DNA from: an uncultured Eubacteriales bacterium
Lineage (GTDB): Bacteria; Bacillota; Clostridia; Oscillospirales; QAKW01
Direction of reading: 5' to 3'
Length of the DNA: 59,351 nucleotides
Assembly: GCA_902492505.1 (NCBI GenBank)
Contig: CABULU010000004.1
Location: forward strand, 1-59,351
Part shown: positions 11,659-21,947 of the stretch, piece by piece
How the letters are laid out: each line of letters opens with the position of its first letter
Numbering within the stretch: the first letter of the stretch is position 1
Made by a program: the position numbers and the translations under genes
Notes under the pieces: generated by a model
The model's database searches: none
Told to the model about the DNA's origin: nothing
What the model saw: only the letters and a program-made list of their open reading frames with translations

Positions 11659-11706
11659 AAGAGCCGTAATGAAAATCTATCAAGATTTTCATTACGGCTC
11701 TTTTTT
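11657..11706. terminator. Bidirectional rho-independent terminator
   Basis: Perfect 17-bp stem, gagccgtaatgaaaatc / gattttcattacggctc, flanked by an A-run and a T-run, between convergent genes. Confidence 0.85.
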
Positions 11707-11719
11707 CTTACTAAATCAT

Positions 11720-13462
11720 TTAACTTTTATTTACTATTAATATATCGGGATTAACAAACGTCACTCCGCTCACATCTACACCGACTGCTTTCAGCGTAAA
11801 TAAACCGGAGAGTCCTGACAGTACCGATAAATCCTTTATATCACATCCGGAAATATCAAGATAGTCAAGCTTTTGCGCGTTCTTTAACGGAGTGATATCC
11901 GTCACGTTTGTGTCAGCTATTCCGAGCGATTTAAGCTCTGTCATATCGGAAAGTTGCTCAATGGCGACAAGACCCGTGCCGTTTGCCGAAAAACTCACAA
12001 GCTTTAATCCGGCAATAGGTTTTGCACTCACAAACGAAGTATCGTCAACATTCAGCTGCGTGAGCTTTTTAAGCTCGCTCAAAAATTCAAAATTAGCTAT
12101 CTCATTACCCGAAATATCCAGCATATCAAGATTCTTAAGTGCAGAAAGATTTTTTGCATTTTTCACAAGATTATCTGAAATATCAAGCGCTGTAAGCGAT
12201 GTATAGCGATGCACGGTAGAGATATCCGATATATAGTTCGATCCGAGTAGAAGCGTATTGAGCGGTATTCCCTCGTCAAAGTCAGGGACAGCGGAAATAC
12301 GGTTATGTGTAGCATCAATCAGTGTTATACCCTTGGAGGCGGACAATGCGGAAATATCGTCAACACTGTTGTTTGCAAGATATACAAATTTAAGTGTTGT
12401 CACATTGGCCAGCATGCTTAATGATGTTATATTGTTATCTGACAAATCGAGCGTTTCAAGCGCTGCAAGGCTCCCCAACACGTTTATCTCCGCGCTGTCC
12501 AGCTCACAGCCCGAAAGAATAAGTGTTTTGAGCTTCGCCTTGCCCGAAAGCTGCGAAACCGACATCATCATATTTTCACCGTCAAGAATAAGCGACTGAA
12601 GATTGGGCATCATGTCAAGATCGGATAGTGTCTTTACATATCCGTCAATGCCATCGTTTGACAGCTCCGTCACCGCCTCAAGCTCCTTGACACGTATCAC
12701 CCCGCTGGGCTTTGACAGCGCACGGCGCACCATCTGCTCTATCTTTTTATCATCAAAGCTGACAGCCTGGTTTTCATTTGTTATATTATAAGTAACGCTG
12801 AGCAGCGGGGAAACAAGTCCGTCGGCATTTACGGCAATAGCCGTTACGGATGTTCTGCCGTTTCCTATATTAATCGGCTCAACATATACAGTCGAAAATT
12901 TAGTGGGATACGTCCCGTCCGTCGTATAGTAAACAGTGTGGCCTTCAGGCACGGTAATTGTCATTTTCTGCGTCTTGTCATAATCGCCCTGGGTCGGAGT
13001 ATAGCTCAGATCCGACGGGCGTATTTCCTGGATTTTTCTCAAAATATACTGATCGGAAATTCCATCGGTATAATTTACTGCCTCGATAAGCTGCCCTGCG
13101 GCAGAATAGATTTTAATACGCATCAGATAAAGCTGCTCCATATCCGTCTCGTCCGTGGTCAGCTTTTTCTCAATAGCCTCATCAAGCACAGCTCCTGCAT
13201 TTTCGTAATCCTCCTGCGCACCGTAAGCCTTTGCAAGAGATAAATATACCTGCTGCTTTTTCGGGTTCCAGCCCTTTGCGGTATTATAATACTTCACCGC
13301 CTGCGTGTAGTTGCCCGCAGCAAAGCTGCTGTCCCCCCGCGCCGTGTAAATTTTATAAAACATTCCTTTAAATACAACAAATACCAAAAGACTGACGACA
13401 AGAACCGTACCGGCAAATGCCGCGGCAAACACCGCCGCCTTTTTTTTGTTTATTTTTACCAT
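11720..13462 (-). CDS. Membrane-anchored TPR / Fn3-associated / leucine-rich-repeat surface protein
   Basis: N-terminal TM anchor, TPR-like AAGNYTQAVKYYNTA, a chitobiase/Fn3-assoc-like TVYYTTDGTYPT block, then regular LxxLxLxxNxI repeats of about 22 aa. Confidence 0.7.
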   Translation of the reverse strand: MVKINKKKAAVFAAAFAGTVLVVSLLVFVVFKGMFYKIYTARGDSSFAAGNYTQAVKYYNTAKGWNPKKQQVYLSLAKAYGAQEDYENAGAVLDEAIEKKLTTDETDMEQLYLMRIKIYSAAGQLIEAVNYTDGISDQYILRKIQEIRPSDLSYTPTQGDYDKTQKMTITVPEGHTVYYTTDGTYPTKFSTVYVEPINIGNGRTSVTAIAVNADGLVSPLLSVTYNITNENQAVSFDDKKIEQMVRRALSKPSGVIRVKELEAVTELSNDGIDGYVKTLSDLDMMPNLQSLILDGENMMMSVSQLSGKAKLKTLILSGCELDSAEINVLGSLAALETLDLSDNNITSLSMLANVTTLKFVYLANNSVDDISALSASKGITLIDATHNRISAVPDFDEGIPLNTLLLGSNYISDISTVHRYTSLTALDISDNLVKNAKNLSALKNLDMLDISGNEIANFEFLSELKKLTQLNVDDTSFVSAKPIAGLKLVSFSANGTGLVAIEQLSDMTELKSLGIADTNVTDITPLKNAQKLDYLDISGCDIKDLSVLSGLSGLFTLKAVGVDVSGVTFVNPDILIVNKS

Positions 13463-13624
13463 GATTTTACCTCCGCACAGATTGTTTTACGGATCTGTTT
13501 ATATATTATTATAACATATTCGCGTTTTCATTTCAATAATATAATACAGACTTGGATTATTTTGCATAAACTGTACATTTTCTGCCGATTATATAATAAA
13601 TAATTATGAGAGGAAGATACAAAT

Positions 13625-13810
13625 ATGAAACAATTAACTCAGACAATCGATTTAAGAGCCGAGCTGCTGTACCTGAAAAAACAGATTGAAATAATAGAAT
13701 CCAAAATCAGCTTTACAAATGATCCTAAGCTGCTTGATGCTTTGTCATATGAGTTACTCGGGCTGAAATCGCGCATGGGTTACCTGCTCGACAGTGCAAA
13801 AGCCATATAA
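13625..13810 (+). CDS. Small helical protein, possibly DUF2508/YaaL-like
   Basis: 61-aa ORF with RBS GAGAGGAAG. The pattern ...DPKLLDALSYELLGLKSRMGYLLDSAK resembles DUF2508 from memory only. Confidence 0.35.
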   Translation: MKQLTQTIDLRAELLYLKKQIEIIESKISFTNDPKLLDALSYELLGLKSRMGYLLDSAKAI

Positions 13811-13876
13811 TAACCGTTATTAATCACAAAATTTCACCTTGATTTTTATACAGTATTACTAATTTTGATATTACTC

Positions 13877-13905
13877 TTGCAAAGACAATTTGTATATGAT
13901 ATACT
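13877..13905 (+). promoter_or_regulatory. Candidate sigma-A promoter for the lipoprotein gene
   Basis: TTGCAA (13877-13882), 17-nt spacer, TGaTATACT (13897-13905). Confidence 0.4.
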
Positions 13906-13969
13906 TATCATACAGTTATAAGTGTATCTGCCTATAATAACAGCAGTTTCTTTGGGAGGTAATTGCGTA

Positions 13970-15925
13970 ATGAAGCATTTTAAGCTTAAAAACATCATTG
14001 CGGTTCTGCTTGTCTGTATTATGGTTTTTGCACTCGCGGGATGTAACTACATGAACAGACCCGACGGCGCTAAAAACAACAGTACCGACAATAATAACCG
14101 TCTTGCCAAGCTTTTGGAAAAGGACAGAGAAGTCACTGTTCCGAGCGATGATGATGACAATGATTATGACGATGATTATAACGAACCCGAGCCTGAGCCG
14201 GAACCCGAGCCTGAGCCGGAACCTGAGCCCGAGCCGGAACCCGAGCCTGAGCCGGAACCCGAGCCTGAGCCGGAACCCGAGCCTGATCTTTCCGAAACTC
14301 CTTTTGATGCTCCCGGTGATGTAATCACTAAAATAAATGAAATTCTCGGATCAATGTCAAATGATGTTGTAGATGCTACAAGCTCAACAGGCGTTAAAGA
14401 CGAGCTTATGACCAGCCGTACTGTAAACGCTTACCTGCCGTACAAATTGTTTGACGGACAGGAAAATGCCGTGGAAGCTATTGCCGGTAACCTCAACATG
14501 AACATCAACATGTCTGTTGTATCCGGTGATTATGTTTCAACTATGAAACGCTCTGTTCTTACCGGCGAAAAAGCCGACCTTATGTATGTAAATCAGGAGT
14601 CATGGGGATATACACAGCACTTTACTCAGGATATTACAAACTTTATAAACTTTGAAATTGCCGATAAACTCGGAACGTTTTCATCCAATTTGTCAGGCAA
14701 ATTCCAAATCTATAATAACATAACCGGAAATAAATACATGGTGGCATCGGGTATTGCTTCGCCCTATCTGCTTGCCTACAATAAAAATAATATCGTTATT
14801 CCGAACACTGTTATTGCCGCAAACGAAGAAACCGGAGCCAAGGAAGTCAAGGTGACCGATCCTATCGAAATGTTTAATAACGGAACATGGGGTATATCTT
14901 CGCTCACGGAGATTCTCAAGGCTTCTACCGTAAACGGACGCGTCGGTCTTGCAGCAATTATTGATGACGACAGAAATCTCGATATTTGGATGGGTATGGA
15001 AAATAACGCGTCTTTGGCAATTGATTATGATTCTCTTTTAGCTTTTGTAGACTCATCGGTTGTCAGCAGAGAGGCGCTTGATCAGGTCGGCAACAACATG
15101 GATCTTCTACAGTCTTGGTTCTGGAGCGAGATCGGTGCGGATGAATCCAATTATATTGCATCATGGACAGACGCCTCTGATTGGGATAATACTGTTTCAA
15201 AGCTGCTCGGTACATATACCGGGTCAGATCCCATAAATTCATTTTCATTCATGGGCGTTGACCTCAATCAGTATGTTGATATTAAAAACAAGGCAAACGC
15301 TGCCGGTGTAGAAATTGACTTTACCGCTATTCCCTATGGATATGCGACAGAGGAAATTATCAGAACAACCGAGCCTGAGGACGGCGTTATCTACGATGCG
15401 AACGGTATTCCCGTGAGCCCCTGGGCTGCTGGCTGGATAGGCGGCTTTTCCGTTCTCAAAAACTGTGAAAATCCCTCAGTTGCCCTTCGTGTAGCAGAAG
15501 AAATCACAACAGCATGGAAAGATAATTATGAAGCGCCTATTCTTTCTACCATGACAGAGGATCAGCAGGCAAGATATCTCAAGATGAAAGAAAACATCGG
15601 TATATCTTTCTACCGTTCCGTTGTTAAAAATGTTGAGTCCGTTTACAGTGTATACGGTTCCGATATGGCTAACAGATTCCCCAAAGAATCAAGAAACCTG
15701 TACACCTCTCTTCAGATGTTTTCTGATGCGCCCGGCTCACTCAATCAGCCCATGTACAGAAAGAACACATCACTTGGCTTATACGATGCGAATACATTTA
15801 ATACCTGGAGCGAATTCTTCTACGGCAAGGTAGATGAGAACGATTCTACAAATCAATTGTCCAAGAATATCCTTCCCATACTTTCAGCTGCGTATGTTCC
15901 GCCAACAATGCTATTTATTTACTGA
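13970..15925 (+). CDS. Lipoprotein with acidic/(EP)17 linker and large extracellular domain (possibly solute-binding-like)
   Basis: MKHFKLKNIIAVLLVCIMVFALAGC contains a lipobox. GGGAGG RBS lies upstream of the ATG at 13970. A DDDDNDYDDDYN plus EP-repeat linker follows. Confidence 0.7.
   Translation: MKHFKLKNIIAVLLVCIMVFALAGCNYMNRPDGAKNNSTDNNNRLAKLLEKDREVTVPSDDDDNDYDDDYNEPEPEPEPEPEPEPEPEPEPEPEPEPEPEPEPEPDLSETPFDAPGDVITKINEILGSMSNDVVDATSSTGVKDELMTSRTVNAYLPYKLFDGQENAVEAIAGNLNMNINMSVVSGDYVSTMKRSVLTGEKADLMYVNQESWGYTQHFTQDITNFINFEIADKLGTFSSNLSGKFQIYNNITGNKYMVASGIASPYLLAYNKNNIVIPNTVIAANEETGAKEVKVTDPIEMFNNGTWGISSLTEILKASTVNGRVGLAAIIDDDRNLDIWMGMENNASLAIDYDSLLAFVDSSVVSREALDQVGNNMDLLQSWFWSEIGADESNYIASWTDASDWDNTVSKLLGTYTGSDPINSFSFMGVDLNQYVDIKNKANAAGVEIDFTAIPYGYATEEIIRTTEPEDGVIYDANGIPVSPWAAGWIGGFSVLKNCENPSVALRVAEEITTAWKDNYEAPILSTMTEDQQARYLKMKENIGISFYRSVVKNVESVYSVYGSDMANRFPKESRNLYTSLQMFSDAPGSLNQPMYRKNTSLGLYDANTFNTWSEFFYGKVDENDSTNQLSKNILPILSAAYVPPTMLFIY
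14183..14284 (+). repeat. 18-bp tandem repeat (gaacccgagcctgagccg, about 5.7 copies) encoding (Glu-Pro)17
   Basis: Counted directly in the sequence. In frame within the lipoprotein gene. Confidence 0.95.
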
Positions 15926-15937
15926 TAACTCACAATC

Positions 15938-15975
15938 AAACAGAGGAGCGTAAAAATGCTCCTCTGTTTTTATTT
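15938..15975 (+). terminator. Rho-independent terminator
   Basis: 12-bp stem aaacagaggagc / gctcctctgttt followed by a T-run. Confidence 0.8.
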
Positions 15976-16084
15976 TAAAGTCACTTTTAAAGTTTCAGAT
16001 ATTTAATATGTTTTTTCTTTTAGGAAAAGCTAAGGTTAAGGCCTAAACACTTTGGAATTTACATTTATTATATGAATAAACATT

Positions 16085-16948
16085 ATGGCACATAAAAGAC
16101 ATCTTTATAAATCAAATAAAAGCAACGACATAAACACCGCTATTATCCAGGGTATATCGGTGTCAATCGTATTTGTAATTATTGTAGCGCTTATTATTGT
16201 AGCCATGTTTATGTTTAACACAAAGGGCGAATTTGTAAAAGCGCTGAACGGTGAAATAGAACTATCTCTTTCATTTTACATCGGAGCAATTACCGTTATT
16301 TTTGTCTCATCAATTCTTTTTACTCCGTTTTCATTTGGAATTTCCAATTTTTTTATAAATTCCAAATCAGGAACTGCGCATTTTTCGCAAATATTCTATC
16401 TTTTTAAAATGCCCCGATTGTTATTTAAAGCCATTTTTATGAACAGTTTAAAAAAACTGATAATTAATCTGTACCGCATTATAGTTTTTATAATCGCGGT
16501 GCTTGCCGAATGCGGAGTTTTTGTAATAAGCATTGCAATAAGCGGAGAAAATATATTTGACTATGAGCATAACTTTCTTGAAAGTGTTTCGCAATTTATC
16601 ACACATGATACTTTTTTTATCGCTTTGACAATAATTGAATGGTGCATAGTGCTGGCCGTTTTTATTGTTTTAAAAATGCGTTTTATACTCTGCAAATATG
16701 CGCTGATACGGTTCCCTGCCCTTACAATAATAGAGACAATACGTGTCAGTGAGTTCTCAATACGAGGCAGAATATTTAAAACCATGCTGTTTTATATAAA
16801 ATATGTTTCTATCTATATCTTTACTTTTCTCACCATGGGACTCTCAAAAGCAGTTATCCAAAACAAAAGCCGCGACAGCTTTTCAACCTATGCCGTACGT
16901 ATTGTAGAGATAGGAATTGAAGAGTATTACGCACACCGAAGTTATTAA
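16085..16948 (+). CDS. Polytopic membrane protein of unknown function
   Basis: 287-aa ORF with several long hydrophobic segments. No motif recognised with confidence. Confidence 0.5.
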   Translation: MAHKRHLYKSNKSNDINTAIIQGISVSIVFVIIVALIIVAMFMFNTKGEFVKALNGEIELSLSFYIGAITVIFVSSILFTPFSFGISNFFINSKSGTAHFSQIFYLFKMPRLLFKAIFMNSLKKLIINLYRIIVFIIAVLAECGVFVISIAISGENIFDYEHNFLESVSQFITHDTFFIALTIIEWCIVLAVFIVLKMRFILCKYALIRFPALTIIETIRVSEFSIRGRIFKTMLFYIKYVSIYIFTFLTMGLSKAVIQNKSRDSFSTYAVRIVEIGIEEYYAHRSY

Positions 16949-17086
16949 ATTTTTCATTTCTATTGAAAAAAGCACCGACTGTGGTATAATATTCTTGTGA
17001 TATTATAAGGTTTTCAAAACAAATCCACCGCATATGATATTCATAGAATTATACGTTTAAAACTACTATATAAATCGGAGTTTAAT

Positions 17087-19783
17087 ATGTTTAAAAAATT
17101 TCTTGCAAAACTTATACGTAAATACGAACGCCGAAAATCTGAAAAGGCAAAAATAATTTCCGAGCAGACAAAAGGCGAATCCACACAGCCCAAGACAGAT
17201 AAAACAATCGTAATGAACAGAGATTTGTTCTTTAAACAGATTGATGAGCGCAAAAGCGATCATGAAACAAAAACCGATTTACCTTTTGCCGACATACATC
17301 CGGGAAACACAAATGATATTCCGTTTGACTCAGACAATCCTGACATAACAAAAATAACAGACATAACAGATGTTGCAGGAACAACAAAAATAACAGAGCT
17401 TTCATCATTGGCTCAGGAACCGTCGCAAAACGAAGATAATAAAACAGAATTGAAAGATAGAAAAAATAAGGAAAAGAAAAAAAGTCCGCTTCGCCGCGGA
17501 GTATGGGCAGTCTGCCTTACAATGATACTGACAGGCGTTTTCACTATGTCAGTCTTTTTGTGGTATGTGTTTGTCTATGTTGACGGCGAATTCGATCTGT
17601 CCTATCTTGACAATTCGCTCAATTATACAACTGTTCTTTACGGAAAACAGGACGGCAAGGATGTTGAAATCGAGCAGCTTCACGGAATTGAAAACCGCAT
17701 TTGGGCAAATATAGACGAAATCCCCAAAAATATGCAGAATGCCGTTATAGCCATTGAGGATGAACGATTTTATAAGCACAACGGCGTCGACTTAAAGCGC
17801 ACTGCGCACGCCGTGCTCAATTTTTTCAACCCCGGCAGCACAAGTTCCTTCGGTGGTTCTACAATTACCCAGCAGCTTGTAAAAAACCTTACTGATGACG
17901 ATGATCATACTATAACGCGTAAAATACAGGAGATGCGCCGCGCATGGTATCTTGAAAGTCAATATAAAAAAGACCAGATACTTGAAGTCTATCTAAATAC
18001 TATTTATCTTTCACAGGGCTGCTACGGAGTTCAGACCGCCTCGAACAGATATTTCGGCAAAGACGTTAAAGATTTAACTCTTGCAGAATGTGCATGCCTT
18101 GCTTCAATCACAAAATCGCCTTCAACATATGACCCGATAACAAATATGGAAAAGAACAAGGAGCGGGCTGCCAATGTATTAAACAAAATGCTCGAGCTGG
18201 GATTTATTTCCCAAGAAGAGGCTGAAGCCGCAAAGAACGAACAGATAACCATATCCGACGGAAGCAATACAGGCACTAATTCCGCATCAGTCAAAAGCTA
18301 TTATGTTGACGCAGTTACCGAATCGGTAATAAACGACCTTATCAATATAAAAGGATACAGCGAAGTATACGCTGAAACCCTTGTTTATTCCGGTGGACTT
18401 CAAATTTTCACTCCCTACGAATCAGATATCCAAAAATGTGTTGACAGTGTATACAATGACCCTGATAATTTTCCCAAAATATCGGCAAAAGACAAGGACG
18501 GAAATACTGTAACTCCGCAGAGCGCTATGGCTGTCATAGACAACAGTACCGGCGGCGTTGTGGCGATTGCAGGCGGAATCGGTGAAAAGACAACGGCGCG
18601 CGGACAAAACCGCGCAACTATGACTTACCGTCAGCCGGGTTCCAGTATAAAACCGCTGTCCACATATGCACCGGGAATTGAATACGGCGTATCTGTGGAC
18701 GGAAATAATGCGCTTTCCCCTTCGTCTATGATACTCGACTGGTACATAGACGAAGCAAAGCAATATCCTAAGAACCAGTCAAGGTATGAATCAAATAAAA
18801 AGGTAACGCTTCAGGCAGGTGTTGCACAGTCTTTGAATACCGTTGCCGCACGCGTAAATGTGGCAGTGGGCTTTAAACGCTCAATCAATTTTATGATTGA
18901 TAACCTCGGCTTTACGTCTCTTGTCACATCCGACATGGATCGTGCTCATAACGATGAAAATGTAGCGGCACTCGGTCTGGGAGGTCTTACAAAAGGCGTC
19001 AATGTCGTGGAGATGGCGGCGGCCTACGCTTCCTTCCCTAACGACGGAACCTATACAAAGCCATATTTCTACACAAAGGTAGTAGATCAGAACGGAAGAG
19101 TCCTGCTTGAGAATAAGGTTGAATCACACACTGCAATGACTGCGGAAACAGCAAGAGTCATGAACTCGCTTTTAAGCTATGCAGCGTCAAGCGGTACAGG
19201 AACACCCGCAAACTTCGGCACAACCGAAGTTGCCGGTAAAACCGGAACAACCTCAGACGATTACGACCGCTGGTTTGCAGGCTATACCTCCTATTACACA
19301 GGCGTCGTATGGTACGGTTACGACTACAATAAAACCGTTTATTACAGCGGCGCAAACCCTGCCGCCACAACATGGAAAAAGGTAATGTCCAAAATACACA
19401 ACGGACTTGCATATAAAGCATTAACCAAACCCACAACACTTGTCAGCGCGGAATATTGTTTTGATACCGGTATGCTGCTTACGGAAAACTGCCCCAATAA
19501 AGCAACAGGAAGTTTTCTGCCCGACGGAGTACCGACAGAGCCGTGTACTCTGCACACAGCGCCCGCAGAGGAAGTTCCGTCAGAAACACCCGGAGACCAA
19601 ACGACAACGCCGGGAACAGACACTGAAAATCCGCCGGCTGACACAAACACTCCTGATAGCGAACAGCCAAGCGAAGGAAATGAAAATACGAATCCCGACA
19701 GCGGCAACAACACGGATACCGGACAAAATACCCCTCAGCCTCCGGAAAAAGAACCGGATCAGAACGCGACCAATCCATGGTAA
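17087..19783 (+). CDS. Class A penicillin-binding protein (PBP1A family transglycosylase/transpeptidase)
   Basis: GT51 motifs IAIEDERFYKHNGVD and GGSTITQQLVKN, plus a transpeptidase SxxK region (PGSSIKP). Low-complexity Pro/Thr/Asn tail. Confidence 0.92.
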   Translation: MFKKFLAKLIRKYERRKSEKAKIISEQTKGESTQPKTDKTIVMNRDLFFKQIDERKSDHETKTDLPFADIHPGNTNDIPFDSDNPDITKITDITDVAGTTKITELSSLAQEPSQNEDNKTELKDRKNKEKKKSPLRRGVWAVCLTMILTGVFTMSVFLWYVFVYVDGEFDLSYLDNSLNYTTVLYGKQDGKDVEIEQLHGIENRIWANIDEIPKNMQNAVIAIEDERFYKHNGVDLKRTAHAVLNFFNPGSTSSFGGSTITQQLVKNLTDDDDHTITRKIQEMRRAWYLESQYKKDQILEVYLNTIYLSQGCYGVQTASNRYFGKDVKDLTLAECACLASITKSPSTYDPITNMEKNKERAANVLNKMLELGFISQEEAEAAKNEQITISDGSNTGTNSASVKSYYVDAVTESVINDLINIKGYSEVYAETLVYSGGLQIFTPYESDIQKCVDSVYNDPDNFPKISAKDKDGNTVTPQSAMAVIDNSTGGVVAIAGGIGEKTTARGQNRATMTYRQPGSSIKPLSTYAPGIEYGVSVDGNNALSPSSMILDWYIDEAKQYPKNQSRYESNKKVTLQAGVAQSLNTVAARVNVAVGFKRSINFMIDNLGFTSLVTSDMDRAHNDENVAALGLGGLTKGVNVVEMAAAYASFPNDGTYTKPYFYTKVVDQNGRVLLENKVESHTAMTAETARVMNSLLSYAASSGTGTPANFGTTEVAGKTGTTSDDYDRWFAGYTSYYTGVVWYGYDYNKTVYYSGANPAATTWKKVMSKIHNGLAYKALTKPTTLVSAEYCFDTGMLLTENCPNKATGSFLPDGVPTEPCTLHTAPAEEVPSETPGDQTTTPGTDTENPPADTNTPDSEQPSEGNENTNPDSGNNTDTGQNTPQPPEKEPDQNATNPW

Positions 19784-19824
19784 GCGCACCGTATCGGTCT
19801 ATAAGTATTAATTAATATTTGTTA

Positions 19825-19860
19825 AGAGCCGTGAAATCGCACGCGGCTCTTTGATTTTCA
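19825..19860 (+). terminator. Probable rho-independent terminator
   Basis: Stem agagccgtg / cgcggctct with an 8-nt loop and a weak T-tract. Confidence 0.5.
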
Positions 19861-19881
19861 GCAAAGCAAAAGGATGGAAAG

Positions 19882-21738
19882 ATGAAAAAACTACCCGTTA
19901 AAAAGCTCAACTTTTTTCAAAGTGCAATATTTATCGCAGTCATTTGCATATTAACTGAACTGCTGTCTGTTTACATTCAGCCGGGTCTTTTCCGTAATTC
20001 ACTGAATGATATCATTACGCGACCTTTGCTAATTTTTCTAAACCTGTTTCCGGTCGCAGTTTTTACCGTTTTAGGTTATTATATAACAAAAAATGTTTTT
20101 TGGGGCGCAGCGCCCGTTGCACTCATTTTTCCGCTGCTGTCATACGTCAATCTGCTGAAAATCGAGGGACGCGAAGACGCATTTGTACCTGCCGACATAG
20201 GTCTCATACGTGAGGCTCTCCAATCGGCGTCAGGCTATTCTCTAAATCTGCACCTTTGGCTTATTGCAGTAATTGTATTGTATACGGCAACACTTATTTT
20301 TCTCGGTTTTGTTTTTAAGTCACCCGATATACGAATAATTACGCGTACATGTACAAGCGCCGCGATACTTGTTGTATTTTTACTGTCGCTTAAATTTATA
20401 TACGCAGACAAAAAACTGTTTGAAAGCTTTCCGGTCGAAGAAATGTACAACATACCGTTTGTTTTTAACACTCTCGGCTTTAACTACTGCTTTCTTCATA
20501 ACCTAAATCTCTACCCTGTTGATAAGCCCGACGGCTTTGACAAAAAGGAGGTCGAGCAGTGGATGAACCAATATCTCGGCGAAAAGTCAGACAGCGATAC
20601 ACGTCCAAACATTGTTATGGTTATGGGCGAAGCATTCAGCGATATTACAAACAATGAAGTTTTCAGCTATGATAACGAGGAAGAAAACCCGATTTACCGT
20701 TTCAATCAGCTTAAAGAAAGCGACCGCTCAATCTCAGGTCATATCGCAGTATCAAATTTCGGCGCAGGTACTGCAAACACCGAATTTGATATACTGACCG
20801 GCACACCGACCAATATGATAAGTGACGCCACAACTTCTTCGTTTCGCGTCGTACACAGCAAAACTCCGTCTCTTGCCAATCTTTTTGATAATTTAGGCTA
20901 TAACAATTATTTTATGCATCCCGGAAGCAGCTGGTTTTATAACAGAAGCAGTGTTTACGGCTATTTCGGAATTAACGACCAGGTTTTTGAGGACAGCTTT
21001 AACCTTGAAACAGATAAAAAAGGTAACCTGATTTCAGACGAAGCATTTTTAAGACAGTTGAAGCACGACATTGAAAAGCGCAGTGGAACACCGCAATTTA
21101 TGTACACAGTATCACTGCAAAATCATCTGACATACAACTATGCAAAATACGGCTTTGAGCCATCCATGTCAAAGCTTAAAACGGATATTTCGGACAGAGC
21201 GCGTGAATATCTTTCAGTATATTGTGAGGGCGTACGTGATACGTCGGATATGATTTATGAACTCGCGCAGTATCTTGATACTCTTACAGAACCGACCCTG
21301 CTTGTATTTTTCGGCGACCATCTTCCAAATCTCGGAGAGGATTTTCTGACTTATCGTGAGCTGGGAATGGATATAGGAAAAACCGATACCGCCGCTTCCC
21401 GCCTTGCAACATATACAACACCGTTTTTAATATATGCCAATACCGCATATTGCGATAAAGAGGATTTTGCCGCCAATGCGCAAAACTGTGGACTTGACGG
21501 AGCAACGATAAGCGACATTTACCTCGGTGCGGCAGTATGTGAGCTTGCAGGCTTTACCGGATACGACCCATACGTCGATTTTCTGAACGCGGCCAGACAA
21601 ATACTTCCCGTTCTTTGTCCTAAAGACGATGTTTTTATGCTTCCTGACGGAACGCTTGTATCGGACATAAGCGGAGAGCAAAGTGACATACTACGCAAAA
21701 TCGACTGGTGGCAATATTACAGACTTAAACATCAATAA
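19882..21738 (+). CDS. LTA synthase family protein (membrane-anchored sulfatase-fold phosphoglycerol transferase)
   Basis: N-terminal multi-TM region, then the sulfatase-fold motifs NIVMVMGEAFSD and GTANTEFDILTG. Confidence 0.82.
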   Translation: MKKLPVKKLNFFQSAIFIAVICILTELLSVYIQPGLFRNSLNDIITRPLLIFLNLFPVAVFTVLGYYITKNVFWGAAPVALIFPLLSYVNLLKIEGREDAFVPADIGLIREALQSASGYSLNLHLWLIAVIVLYTATLIFLGFVFKSPDIRIITRTCTSAAILVVFLLSLKFIYADKKLFESFPVEEMYNIPFVFNTLGFNYCFLHNLNLYPVDKPDGFDKKEVEQWMNQYLGEKSDSDTRPNIVMVMGEAFSDITNNEVFSYDNEEENPIYRFNQLKESDRSISGHIAVSNFGAGTANTEFDILTGTPTNMISDATTSSFRVVHSKTPSLANLFDNLGYNNYFMHPGSSWFYNRSSVYGYFGINDQVFEDSFNLETDKKGNLISDEAFLRQLKHDIEKRSGTPQFMYTVSLQNHLTYNYAKYGFEPSMSKLKTDISDRAREYLSVYCEGVRDTSDMIYELAQYLDTLTEPTLLVFFGDHLPNLGEDFLTYRELGMDIGKTDTAASRLATYTTPFLIYANTAYCDKEDFAANAQNCGLDGATISDIYLGAAVCELAGFTGYDPYVDFLNAARQILPVLCPKDDVFMLPDGTLVSDISGEQSDILRKIDWWQYYRLKHQ

Positions 21739-21741
21739 AAT

Positions 21742-21767
21742 AACACCGCTGAAATTTCAGCGGTGTT
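21742..21767 (+). terminator. Probable terminator hairpin
   Basis: Perfect palindrome aacaccgctgaaa / tttcagcggtgtt immediately after the stop codon. Confidence 0.55.
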
Positions 21768-21823
21768 ATTTGTATAAATTATACAAAAATTATAATTTAT
21801 AATACAAATTTTATAAAACCATA

Positions 21824-21852
21824 TTGACATATTTCAAATATTAACATATACT
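21824..21852 (+). promoter_or_regulatory. Candidate sigma-A promoter for the metalloprotease gene
   Basis: TTGACA (21824-21829), 17-nt spacer, TATACT (21847-21852). Confidence 0.45.
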
Positions 21853-21947
21853 GTAAGTACAGCTGATAGGAAGAAATTTCATATGAAACAAATCGGTATT
21901 TCGCGAAATGCTTCAACGTATTTTAAAAATACAACGAGGTAAAAATT

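Noticed and set aside
14103-14324. Alternative-frame ORF (…NPSLSRNPSLSR…) through the EP repeat
   Set aside because: It is simply the 18-bp repeat read in another frame inside the lipoprotein gene, and there is no independent start signal.
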